Source: Octopus vulgaris
Lineage: Eukaryota
DNA: 64,000 nt
Assembly: GCA_951406725.2 (NCBI GenBank)
Contig: OX597816.1
Coordinates: 126,480,001 to 126,544,000 of the forward strand
Reading direction: 5' to 3'
The stretch's first letter is position 1. Each line of letters opens with the position of its first letter. The notes under the pieces were generated by a model that saw nothing but the letters and a program-made list of their open reading frames with translations, had not been told where the DNA came from and ran no database searches. The position numbers and the translations under genes are program-made. Below, in pieces: positions 27,574-39,900 of the stretch.

Positions 27574-28518
27574 TTATCATCATCATCATCTTCATCATCA
27601 ATTATTGTTATTGTTATCTTTTGCTTGAAGAAGATAACCTCACCAAATAAAATTAAATTTCTAGTGAAGTAACTTTACAAAATACTTTCTTCAGGAAATA
27701 AGATAACAGTATGAAAGAGGAATCATTCACAGAATCTAAAATGCCATAGGTACATTGCTGTAAAAATTGAAATCCTATATTGTTAATTCATGAATAGTTT
27801 ATTAGTATATGTTAAATTGATAATATGGGTTGATTGACAAATAGAAAGGAAATAGAAACATAAAAGCAAACTGTATAAATAGCTTTTTTCTACATATTTC
27901 CTTTATGAACTGATCACCATTTAATATATTAAAATATAAGAGAAGCAGGAGTGGATGAGATTGTAGCACTACAGATTGGATAATTGATTTTGTACTTTTG
28001 AGTTGTGACTGAAGGAGTGAAAAAAAATCACCTGAGTTCAAATCATGTAACATTGATAAAATTCAACCAGTAATATGCTTTATAAATGCCTTCAGTTATA
28101 TTCCTGCTCTTTAAAACATTCAATTATGAAAATGTACTGTAAATGTTCATGTACAAATGTATCCTTTTATTGCCCAGTTGTAGAAAAATAAAATCTGTGA
28201 GAATTATGATAAAGTACTAGATTCAACCTACTATCTTTATGTATTATCTAAATACTATATCATATGCACTTTAGGATATATTTAAAGAATTAATCCAAAA
28301 TCACTAACTTTACAGGGTCTTTCTTATTAAAAATAATTCATAATAAAGAAAATCTCTAAAGCCTAGTCATTGTTCAGTGAAGTTTTGTCAGAGTATATTA
28401 ACCTCAATGGAATATACAAAAAAGTTGAATCTTTGTTTTAGAATCTGTATGATCAGTAAGAACTAACGATTCTTTCACAGGATATATATTGTGTTGCACA
28501 GATTAAATGTTTTTTTTA

Positions 28519-28592
28519 TATTCACATTTGAGATGAAAACAAATGTTATTCAAATTTGAGATGAAAACTATATTCACATTTGAGATGAAAAC
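28519..28592. repeat. Three copies of a 22-bp unit TATTCA(C/A)ATTTGAGATGAAAAC
   Basis: Copies at 28519-28540, 28547-28568 and 28571-28592. Confidence 0.9.
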
Positions 28593-29649
28593 TGTTTTGA
28601 CATCTTTGGTTTTATATATCCATCTCAAGGTAGAAAATTTGTTTTTATTTCCTTTTCTATATTTTTTGGTATGTGATAGAAGTCTCATAAAGCATCTAGC
28701 GATTTTCATTATAATAAATTTTCTTTAACTCTGAGTTGGTTTAATGTCTACTCCTCAGTATTGATTTACTACTACTAAGAATAAATAATATTTAGGCTTG
28801 AGCAGCAAAAGGTTATGTGAAAAAGAATGTTATTTAAATTGACTCTTTTGAGAAAAAGATTGATTTTGAATTTATTCATTTTTTTTTTTCTTCTTTTAGC
28901 TGTCTATTTCTTCAATCAATATTGGAGCTAGTTAATATCACAAGAAAGGTCAGCTTTTGCTATCCTAACAAACTAAGAAGCAAATTAATTTTCAGTAGGA
29001 TATTTTTCAATGTTTCAATATCCATGATTTTAATTTCGCTTTTAGTCTTACACTCTTTAAAAGCTTATGCTTGAAACATTTCTGTGTTCTAAACAATATC
29101 CGAATTTTTGTTTTATCAATTGATAGCTATTTTCATTTGTTACAAGAAAATCATTATGATTTTGACGTGGGTTCTCTGAAAATACTGGTGAAATTGCATG
29201 TTTTCTTTTACAAATTAATGTGCACACATTTCATGTGTTGAAAGAACATTAGCTTTCAGTTTGGTGTTTGAAACTATGCAAATTTGACTGACAGTTAGGT
29301 CATATTAAAAAAGGGCTATATGAAAAGTCTTTAGCTAAATTTTTAAAGCATAGCTCTTGAAATTGATTGATTCCATTTCTAAAATGCTGAAGATAACTTT
29401 TAATTCCTTTGAGCTTTTCCTTTTTCTTTCGTTTTTGCTTCAAATACTATTCATGACATTATATTTAATTTAGACCTTGTGGCTATAATTCATTTTTCCA
29501 GATAGTGAAATCATAGATATTTCTGAGCACATAACATTTTCCAGCCTCTAAAATAGATAACTTTTGAAATTATATTTTATGCTTTAAACATAGTGTGAAA
29601 ATAGATAAGGATCTCTTCATTAGGGATGTAGTGGAAGACTTTTAGTTAC

Positions 29650-32370
29650 TTAGAGGAAAAAGGAAAAAGACCAGCACAGTTAATGATAAGATGATGTGAT
29701 TAATACTGAGTTCAAATATCTGTGTCTAGATATCTGCAATAAAAGCATGGATGGCGAAGGAATTTGTGGTGGCTGGGTGATGATTGAGAAAAGTGTTTAG
29801 CTCAAGGTTGTAGTAGAAGGATAAATGACAAACAGAAAATAACTCTCTGTATGCCAATAATCGTTGCACCTTGCCAAATGAGCTTTTGATAATGATTTAA
29901 ATTACCTCCTTGTAGATGTGGTCCCAGGTATGCAAACAATACTTTAATGGGGAGCACATTTGAATTTTGTAGATGGTTAGCAACTGAGCTGAGCAGAGTC
30001 ATTTCCCAACTTTGAAGATGCAACTATATCTTTCAAGAGGCATCTTGGTCTTAGTTTTTTAATATTATATATGTGATGTATCAGATGATCAGAAATTTTG
30101 AAGCCTAATGTTTGTTGTAATTCTGGGGCTTTCATTGTAATGATGTATAAAAGGTGTAGCACAAGTTTGTTCCCTTGATATGCTTAGAGATTGTATCTTG
30201 TTGCTATTGAACACCAGGCTGCTATCTGTTAATAGAAATAATCCAAGTTACAAGGGATATGACTCTAAAATGTAGATAATTCCAGAATTCAGAACTTTAG
30301 GAAGGAGAGAAAGGCAGCACCTTTGGTTTTCTACTTGAAGTAATTACAGGAAAATCAGTAACACATCATAAAGAATATAGGGAACAACCAAAATTTAGGT
30401 GGCACTAGATTTTACAAACATGAATCAGAGTGAGCCCATCAATACTTGGTGAAACAAATAGCTGAGTTAGCAAACTTTCACTCTAAGAGTCATACAGCTG
30501 GCAGTCAAGAGGGTTAGATAACAGACAAGCAACAACTTCATTAGACAATATAGAAAAAGTATTTTCTGGAGATATGACCGCACCTCCTTATTCTAGTAGG
30601 AAGGCATGACCTCTTAAACGATTTTCTTCCATTTTCCACATAGTAAGGAAAATCAACAAAGACCTAGTTTTTCTTTTGACCTTCATATTCTTTCTTTTCC
30701 TTATTTTTGAATCTATTTTTCTGCTGCTGTTCGTGCCATTATCTACATTACTATTTGCCTGGTTGGCACCAGGAAAAGTTGATAATTTAACTGTCATTGT
30801 CGTGGACCTTATTTTGTTTGGTATTGTTAGATGTGCTGTGAGGTCTATATTATTGTCTGCCCTCTGTATTGTACAATGTATTGTACACCCTTTCCATGAA
30901 GCATCGTTTGTAGTCCTTAAGAAACATCTTTTCAAAGTTTACCCTTACAGAGTCTGCCATCTTGGCTTAGTCACTGCCTTCTATGTGATGAATAAGCTCT
31001 TTTCTTTTCATGTTATGGTACTTTAAAGTTTGTGGATACATAGATTCTGATTGGAGAAATATGTCCATCTTGACCTCTCTATCAAAAAATCAGAATGTGG
31101 CCTACCTTGCAGTGAAGAATATGTTGAACTCCATCAGGTTTAAATAATCATCTATTGCTGATTGAAGATATGATTATGATGTCTTTCTACTGACCCATTC
31201 CAAGGATGAGGCAACAAAAGTATGTGAGTCCTTCACTAATATCAGCAACAATATCAAATCAGTGATGTTGCTGCATTGAGTGTGTATATATTACCATGTG
31301 TAAGGTAGGATAGGGCTGTCTCATTGTAAATGTTTGTCAGTTATGCAGAATTCTCCCCACTCTTAGTCTAATGGCTGGACATACGTAGTTTTTGCTTTTT
31401 AGGGATTTAAGATGAACTTCTCTCAGGCTATCGAGGTTGAGGGTAGTTATCTGTGTGCCAATTTCGTAAGAGGTCCCAGCATAATTTACCTACATTGTTT
31501 TCAAAGAATTCCTTCACTGTAGTAGTGTTCAGAACTCCCTGCTTTTATGGGTGGGCTCTAATTTCCTCATTAAAGTCAAACACTATGATGTATCCAGAGT
31601 AGTGCATACGCTATACTAGATATAGATTTAATGATTTAATGCTCTGCGAACCCCTCGGTTAGAGTAATATTCTGATGTTTACCAAGTATCCGTATTTCCT
31701 ATGTAGTGACAGTTCCTAGCTGTTGATGGTGGTGGTTTGCAGGTATTTGGTGCAGATTGTAGCCATGTTATCTCGGTGTGAGGCATGTTATATGTCTGCT
31801 GTTTTCTATTGAAGTCATTGTTTCTGTTTGTGCTGGGCATGCTGTATGATCTGTGTTGTCATTTGTGGTTTATGTTGTCTCTATTTGCAGACATGGTATT
31901 GCATATGGTGTGTGATCTCTGAAGCAAGTATTTGAATTTTATATTGAATTTCTTTGGAAGTATTTGTGCATTGCTTGCTCAATAGAGTGTGTTACATGCA
32001 GGCTGTGAGGCCATCAGCTAGTGGATATCATTGCAACTTTCATATTGAAGAGATGAAGTACCTTATAGCTTCTGCTGATTTATTTTGCTAAGGATGTACC
32101 TAATGATGATGTTCTTGGGTCTTTGGGAGATGAGATAGATTTGTAGAAGTCTCAGCAGTTGCAGAGTTAAAATGTACAGTTAACATTTGTTTTGAAAGTA
32201 AAATAATCAGTGTTTTCTTTCAAAGTCTTTAAACAGAATTACAGTTGTTTTTGAGACAGAGAGTATTAGTCTTGAAGGGTCTTGTAGATACCATGTATTA
32301 ATGTATCTGAAGTAGTTACAATGTATGAATACACCATCTTTCCAGTTAAATTTAAGAATTGGGTGCCAAA
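29650..32370. mobile_element. Mosaic of very old retroelement fragments (LINE and Penelope-like RT)
   Basis: Minus-strand FAYLG (ORF 29802-30023). Plus-strand RYDYDVFLLTHSKDEA..FTNISNNIK near 31165-31265, resembling Penelope RYVDD..N..H.NIKFT. Further weak Penelope-like motifs lie on the minus strand at 31900-32300. Confidence 0.45.
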
Positions 32371-32819
32371 CAATAGACAATAAGAGTCAATATGAGTTTA
32401 TCTGTAGTTAAAGGTTTTATGCTAAATCATATTGATAGAGAAGGTAGATAGATAGTTATACATATAGATAGACAGATATTGATAGATAGAAAGATAGATT
32501 GATAGAAATAAAGACAGGTAGATAAAGAGAGAGAAGTGAGAGAGAATGAGAGAGAGGTATGAGGAGATGTGGACAGGTGAATAAATGGTTGGGTAAATGT
32601 ATTTAGATAGAAGCAAGGTTACATCAATATACATGTAGATAAAAAGACAGGCCCCATGTAGAGAAAAAATATCAACAATGATCTTAGATGAGAATAAAGA
32701 TGCTGTAAACCTCTTGATAATTGAGGCACATTTTATTGGAAAATTTTAACCAAGAATGAACTGCTAGAGAAAATTTGAAACAACAATACATATATTTTTT
32801 TCTCCCAGCTACGCAAGTA

Positions 32820-33290
32820 CCATTCCCAATTACATAATCACTATGTCTGAGAGAACAAAGAGAGCAGAATTTTGATGCTAGGTTGTAGATTTCTTTCCAG
32901 TGCATTCTGCTCCAAGTTATGTTGTAAGAGCACATTAGTCTTTGAGGTTCAATATGTGGTAAGAGAGTATAGAAGTAGAGCTGTTGCCATTCTTGAAAGT
33001 TGTTAGGAAAGGAGGTGTTTAATTTTGTTTGAGATTAGACCAATGTGATGTTTATTCAGTAAGTTTATGATTACTTTAAATGATGAGTGAATTGTTGACG
33101 TAATTCAGCTATTGTTGAATCTAGTGTTTAGGTGTGTGTACTAGAAGTCAATTTTTTGCAGCTGATATTTGAAAGTGAGTAAACAAAATTTAAAGTTGTT
33201 GAGTAGGAAACTTTGAACAAGTTTGTATTGAAGATAGCATTGTACTTATGAGAGAGGAGAAATTATTCCTAAGTTAAGGAAGTGTTCAAT
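32820..33290 (-). mobile_element. Penelope-like element fragment (RT-EN linker and GIY-YIG C-terminus)
   Basis: The minus strand reads HKYNAIFNTNLFKVSYSTT (HKIFNRNTVKVSYS-like), then FKN..STSILSYHILNLKD..YNITWS..YNLASKFCSLC. Confidence 0.7.
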
Positions 33291-33368
33291 GATAGACATT
33301 TGTAATTTAGAGATAATATGAGATTTGTGCATTTCTGTTAATTGCTGTGGAGTGATGCATATTTAATT

Positions 33369-33612
33369 GGTGCAGGCATAGCTGTGAGGTTAAAAAGTTC
33401 AACTTGCAGCCATGTAGTTTCTTGGTTTGGTTCCACTGTATGGGTCTTTTGCCAGTGTCTTCTACTACAGATATCTCTTGAGTGAGTTGGTAAATAGGAA
33501 CCAAACAAAAGCCCATTGCATATGTGTGCGTGCTTGTGTTTCTGTTGCTTTTTACTACTATACAAGTATTGGTTTGTTTATGTTCCTATAACTTAACAGT
33601 TTGGCAAATGAG
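33369..33612 (+). mobile_element. SINE family A copy
   Basis: Homologous to 26414-26800. Confidence 0.75.
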
Positions 33613-33681
33613 AATATGTGTGTGTACTAGCAATAGATACTGTTATTAATGCAAGATATATTAAAGTTAACTCTGATATAT

Positions 33682-33793
33682 GTACCTCTTTTGTCAAACC
33701 GCTAAGTTATGGAGATGTAAACACATCAACATTGATTGTCAAGCTATGGTGGGGGGGGACAAACACCGACACACAAACATATATATATATATA

Positions 33794-33854
<61 letters not shown>

Positions 33855-34016
33855 GTGTGTGTGTGTGTGTATACAACGGGCTTCTTTCAGTTTCTGTCTA
33901 CCAAATACTTTGATTGGCTTAAGGATATAGTAGAAGACACTTGCCCAAGGTGCCATATAGTGGGACTGAACCCAGAACTATGTGGTTGGTAAGCAAGCTA
34001 CTTACCACACAGCCAC
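33682..34016 (-). mobile_element. SINE family A copy with internal TA/TG expansion
   Basis: Reverse-complement homolog of 26414-26800 with an intact tRNA-like head (GTGGCTGTGTGGTAAG..GGTTCAGTCCCAC). Confidence 0.85.
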
Positions 34017-34025
34017 TTCTGCACA

Positions 34026-34074
<49 letters not shown>

Positions 34075-34129
34075 TTATATGTATGTATGTATGTATGTAT
34101 ATATATATGATGATGATGATGATTTTACA

Positions 34130-34700
34130 CCGTATGATATTCCTAAGAAGTTTCCAGTTGTCTTTTGGTTACAATGTTATGTGTTGGAGAATATTTGTGT
34201 TTGGTTTCAGTATATGATACTGTTATGGCAAGCTGAACAGTATTCGTGCCTTTGGTGTTATATTATTCATTTGGTGTTCTTTGTTGATGTTTTGACTGGT
34301 GATTTTCTTTTGAAAATGTTTATCTGAATTCATATTTATCTTATGTAACTGTTCCAGCATGGCTAAGTGTGTGAATAAACATTTTTTGTTGAAATATTTC
34401 TAATTTTTTTTTACCAAGTATCAGCTTTAGCTGTTGTCTATGTGTATGCTGAGGTAATATTCGATTTGGACTTTCATTCTCACCTGTATCATAGAGGAAT
34501 TTTTTTATTTTTTATTTTTGTGTCTGTTTGAGACTATGTATGTTTATGTGACTCTGTGGGACATTATCTAAGAATGTATGGATTTGAGGTCTGTAAGCTA
34601 TTTGTCTGTTTTGGGCAGGGTAGCTAATGTGTCAGGAGTGTGCATAGCAGTGTCAATGTGGTCACATAAAATTTTTATTGAATCAATATATAGGAATTAA
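34130..34700 (-). mobile_element. Possible Penelope-like RT fragment, highly decayed
   Basis: Only a weak TFLD motif and composition similar to neighbouring Penelope pieces. Confidence 0.3.
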
Positions 34701-35444
34701 GTTAGTAGTTTCATTAGAGAGTTACATTGTCCAAGTGTACAGGGAAAAGTAGTACTCTTTGTACTTTTTGACCAGATACATTATCATTATATTTTATCTT
34801 TTACTTGTTTCAATCATTTGACTGCAGCCATGCTGAGGGAATACTTATTAAAAAAATATAAGAAAAAACCATTCAGGGTGGTCAGTGGCATGTATTTGAG
34901 CAATATAAACAAATACAGGTATATCAAATACCATACATCATAAATTCTTGATTTACTAAAATTGATTTGTTACTATTACCACATGGCAACTAAGCTCAAT
35001 TCCACTTGAGAAGATAATCTCAAAACACAAGTATTTCTACAAAAGTGACATGCCATTAAAAGTAAAGACAGGCTTATTTTCTGGAGATAAGAGGACAGTC
35101 ATGGACAGGCATTCTGGTTCACCAGCCATCATCTGCAGGACAGTTGTCTGACCTTACCTCCTTGGGACTTAAACTCATGCAATAAAGAGTAGAACACATC
35201 ATATATGGCTGAAGTAACTCGCCTTAGATCACCAATGTGCTGAGCCAGATTGTCTATTATTTTTCTGTTGCCAGCCCATTCCTGTTTCCAAGCAAGATAA
35301 TATCTTTCCACAACTAGATATGTTTCTCATGGATAATTGGCAATAGTCAGCCTTGCATGTATGACAATGAGTTTCATTTACAACCATCATGTGGTGTGTA
35401 GACAAGGGCACACACAACATATACACACATATACATACATATAT

Positions 35445-35583
35445 GAGGTGATTTCAGTTTCTGTCTACCAAATTCACTCACATGGATATGGCTGTTATAT
35501 TAGAAGAGATCACTTGTCCAAATTGCTGTGCAGTATAAACTCAAGACCACATGGTTGGAAAGCAATTTTCTTAACCACACAGC
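35445..35583 (-). mobile_element. SINE family A 5' portion
   Basis: TTTCAGTTTCTGTCTACCAAATTCACTCAC..CACTTGTCCAA..TTAACCACACAGC is the reverse complement of the family A head and core. Confidence 0.7.
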
Positions 35584-35613
35584 TACACACACACGAATAC
35601 ACACACACACATA

Positions 35614-35985
35614 CAGAGGGTGTGAGAGTTATTTGAAGAAATATTTGGTAATTCAATAAAGCAACTTCAATGGAGGACCAGAACCATTCATATGTCCGCA
35701 CTTACTGGTCCTTATTTATTTTGGACATCAGCTGGATAATATTGGTCTTCGTTGAAGCTATGGTATGGTGAGTATGTTGATTAGTCTCCCTTCCAACAAT
35801 GATCCAAACATAGTAGTCAATGGAATTTAAGTCTGTGAGCTTGCAGTTCAGAAGTTTGGTGTTACATGATTGCAAAGTATGTGTGACATCCATTCTTGGT
35901 TTATGTGATCTTTATGAGAAAGCACCAAGTTCTTTTGAAACATGTATAGCTTGCCACTATATACTTCATCCAACAAGGGTTAAAC
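35614..35985 (-). mobile_element. maT/DD37D-like mariner 3' fragment with TIR
   Basis: ORF 35702-35893 TDLNSIDYYVWIIVGRETN resembles SPDLNPLDY.VW. A TIR-like CAGAGGGTGTGAGAGTTATTTGAAG follows TA and is similar to the terminus at 1113. Confidence 0.75.
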
Positions 35986-35989
35986 AATT

Positions 35990-36239
35990 GTGGCATGTGT
36001 AAAAAGATTCGAGCAAGGTCATTGCCAGTACCGCCTGACTGGCCCCCATGCAGATGGCACGTAAAAGCACCCACTACACTCTTGGAGCGGTTAGCATTAG
36101 GAAGGGCATCCAGCTGTAGAAACTCTGCCAGATCAAGACTGGAGCCTGGTGCAGCCATCTGGTTCGCCAGCCTTCAGTCAAACTGTCCAACCCATGCTAG
36201 CATGGAAAGCGGACATTAAATAATGATGATGATGATGAT
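35990..36239 (+). mobile_element. RTE 3'-tail-derived repeat ending in (GAT)n
   Basis: GTAAAAGCACCCACTACACTC..GGAAGGGCATCCAGCTGTAGAAAC..CATGGAAAGCGGACATTAAATAATGATGAT. Confidence 0.85.
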
Positions 36240-36689
36240 TTCAACATATCCAGCAACATTAATCCTACAACCCTGTAGAAACATATGAGGTGGCATGATT
36301 GAAGCAAACTTTTTAACCACACAGCCAGCCTGTGCCTTATAAGTTTGTATGTATTTATTAATAGAAATGCACAGCACTGAGATAAGTAGTTATCTCATTG
36401 CTGCAGTGATTCAGTTAATGAATTAATTTGTGTTGCTAACACTTGTGTAGACACAGATTAGAGTGACCAATTTAGTTCAGTTGCATGTACATATGATATA
36501 ATATGATATAATATAATATATGATATAATGTATGTGAGTATGTATGTATATCATTAAACTGCTGTGACAAAGAATGCATAGCAAATCTCTGAAGAATGAA
36601 TTTGAAACTAGGTAGATTTTTCACTGCATGGTTGAAAGCATTTTGTAAAACCACATGTATGTAAGTTTATCTTGTGTATGTGTGTATGT

Positions 36690-36900
36690 TCTTAAGCAAA
36701 ACACTTCATCTCACGTTGCTCTGCAATCACTTTGATACATAACGCATGGTACACACTATTCACCTGTTCAGACAATGTCGATTTGATGGAGAAAGTGAGC
36801 TAATGTGCAGCACTAGCATTTGATAACTATAAACAAATCAGTTGTGCAGGTCATTCAGCTAAAGCTGAACACTCATATGTTGTCTTCGATGGGAGAATCC
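36690..36900 (+). mobile_element. SINE family C, 5'-truncated
   Basis: Shares AGCAAAAC.CTTCAT.TCA, AATGTCGATTTGATGGA, TATAAACAAATCA and GGGAGA.TCC with 61245-61523. Confidence 0.7.
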
Positions 36901-39900
36901 ATATATGGGGTGGGGTCATGTCTATGTGTGTATAGGGAGGTTCTTTGTGTGTGTGAGTGTGTTATCATTGGATTTTGAAATACTAAACGTACTTAGGGAA
37001 TTCTTAATTACTGATTTTAATTAATTTCTGAGGTAGTTTCAAGTTCCTTTAACATGTTTTAATTGTGTTATATTCATAATTTATAATGTTTATAGACAAT
37101 TGAAGAATAGAAAAATTCAATTTAAAGTGACTGAATGCATTTTGATAATTATTTATGAAATTGCAAGACAGTTTATTTAATACTAAATGTTAGATAGTTA
37201 ATTATAATGTCATGGCACTGCTTATATTTGTTTGAAGATTTCATTGAATTCATATTCATGTATCACTCTAAAAACATCACAGAAAGCAATAATATTAAAT
37301 CATTTATTAACAGCAATAATAATATCAAGTACTATAATTATCGATAGAGAAACTTTTAAATTATGAGTGAAGACTATAATATGTATATATAGTTGAAATA
37401 CTTCCTGCTGATGAGAATATTTTCACAAAGTGTTTAAGTCATTTAACTTACTAGAAATGACAGCTAAATTTCCTTCATTTATACCTTAAGGTTTCAAAAT
37501 AAGTAGAACAAGTCTAAATTGTTAACCCATACACCATAACACTGGATCTATTTTCCAGCCTGTATTTTATTCTTGCCTGTTCCTTATACAGACATCTCTG
37601 CCTGACTCAGTGTATTCACTCTTTTTTATCTCTCCACTAGCCTGATTAATTGATGAATTCATTTCTATTCCTCTGACTTATTTCATTATTTCAAAGGTTT
37701 TAGCATATCTAAAATGTCTATAAAGTCCTGCTTCTACCTCTCAGGCTAACAAATGAAAGCAAAATCTGCAAATTGTTTTAACCCCATTTTCATTCATTAT
37801 TATATGTAAGTGAAAATGAGTAAATTCAAATGGCATTAGTCTGGTTCTTCATGATGTCCAATAAATCCAGTGATATTTCAAATTAATAAAAGTCCTATAA
37901 ATATCTTGATGAAGGTAAAAGTTTGTACTAAAATCAAATAAAATTGATTGATATAAAGCATTCTAATCATTATTGATCTCTAATTCAGTATCAAAATATT
38001 GAATTTAGAATCATACCATATGTTTATGTTTTAGATGAGATGATTGAAAATATTTTGCATAACGTGACATTTTATGTTTCTGGTTTTATTTTTTCTTTAT
38101 AAGTGGCATTAGAGTTTTACATCTTGTATCAGTGAATTTAAAAGAAAAGTTGAACTTTGTCTTTATTAGTAGAATTTGATTTCCTTTTCTTGGTGTTTAT
38201 CACAAAATTTAATTTTAAAATGACTTATTTTTCCATAAAGTGCTAATATGGTCCATTTAACTACCACATGCCAAATTTTGCTTGATATTAAAAGCTAAAT
38301 ATTTGCACACTGCCAATCTCTGAAGTTCATATCATTTTTAACTTCAAATTTAAAATGCCAATTGTCCATTGTTTGCATATATCTTCCTAAACTCTTGTTA
38401 TTTGTATGAGCTAAATATTTTTCAGTAAAGTAATATATAAAACTAGTAAAACATACTTTGTCATTTAGACACATCATACATTAGGACAGGAACAGTCAAT
38501 TAAATGAACCCTAGTACTTGACTGTTGCTTTATTTTCTTGACTTTAGAGGGATGAAAAACAAAGTTGACCTCAGGAGAATTTGAATTAATAAAGTATAGA
38601 GCTAGAAGAAGAAATAAACAAATCATTTTCCTCATGTTTTAGCATAATTACTGTCCCTAATCTCTTCTGTTTCATGATTTTAATCCAATTTTACATAATA
38701 ACAGTGAGCGTGAAGACCCTAATGTTAATACAGTTTTGTTAATGTTCCAATACTTCTTAAGATTAGTTTGAATAAACTTTACAAGTGCTTCTTTTGCTTT
38801 GCCTAAACTATAAATTTTCTGACTTCAAGTGCATCATTTACATTCTCTAAATAAGGCTGCTAGACTCTTGAAAAAATTCTATCTGTCACTGTCAAACAGT
38901 GTATACATTATTTGTGAGTTAATTTTAAGAAGTTGACTATTCATTCCCTCTCTTTCCCTTTCCCTATCTTTTACTCTCTTCATCTGCCCCTCTCTGTTTT
39001 ATCAACAGGAGATGGGAATGGGAATTCTACAGTTTTCCTAAGGAAATAAACATTTTGTAATTTGTCATAGCAATGGTTATTAAAATGACAATGATGAAGA
39101 TTATCAATGCTTGTTTTACATGCTGACATGCATTGTGTTTATCCACAGTTTTCTTTATTCTAATTATACTTTTATTGAATGGAAAATATGCTAAAAGTGT
39201 TATTGTAACATGGGATATAGCACCAGGTCAGCTCTGTTCAAGCAGACCAATAGCACATAAGTAGTTGGCTCAATAATATAGATGTGAGCCATAGAAATAT
39301 TTTTCCAGATAAGTCATAACTTTGCCAAGCTGAGAATCATACTGTATACTCAATTATATAATTGAACAAGAGCAGCATTGTAGTTAGGAAATATTGTATT
39401 CTTCTCATTGTCCAGTATATTTCTCCATACCTGCAGATTCTGAAGAAGTGGGGAGAAATGTGCAAGCAAAGGGGTATCCTCTAGAGTACTTAATATTGGT
39501 AATGAGCATTGCAGCACAGTGTGACAGCACTATGATAGCAAGGGCATCTGACCTTAGAAAATTTGCCTCGGTGAATTCTGTCCAACTATGTTAACATGAG
39601 AAAGGGGACATTAAAATGATGATGATAATTTTTTGTAAACCTCTGACACTTTCTGTTTTGATCAAACCTTTGAGTATTCTATGTATGTGCATTGTTTTGC
39701 TTTCATTACTATATTTTCTATGTGCATTTAGAACGTTATGCTGTTGTATGTAACTCCCAATATTTTTGTCTTCCATGTATGTAGAATATTTATGTTCATA
39801 AGTGGGATGGTTCATTGTATTTGATATTCTCTGCTGTTACTGGTGAGAAGGCAACAATTCAGTTACTGCTATTTTGTCAGTTGTTTTGGAACTTGGTTTC

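Noticed and set aside
28519-28592. CRISPR-like repeat spacing
   Set aside because: The spacers are only 2-6 bp, the context is eukaryotic and no cas genes are present. It is a simple tandem duplication.
30588-31026. Overlapping 115/116-aa ORFs
   Set aside because: Low-complexity composition inside a decayed retroelement mosaic, with no domain motifs or splice support.
37407-37429. CTGATGA-GAATATTTTC-ACAAA hammerhead-like string
   Set aside because: GAAA is absent and there is no stem I/III support, so it is compatible with chance.
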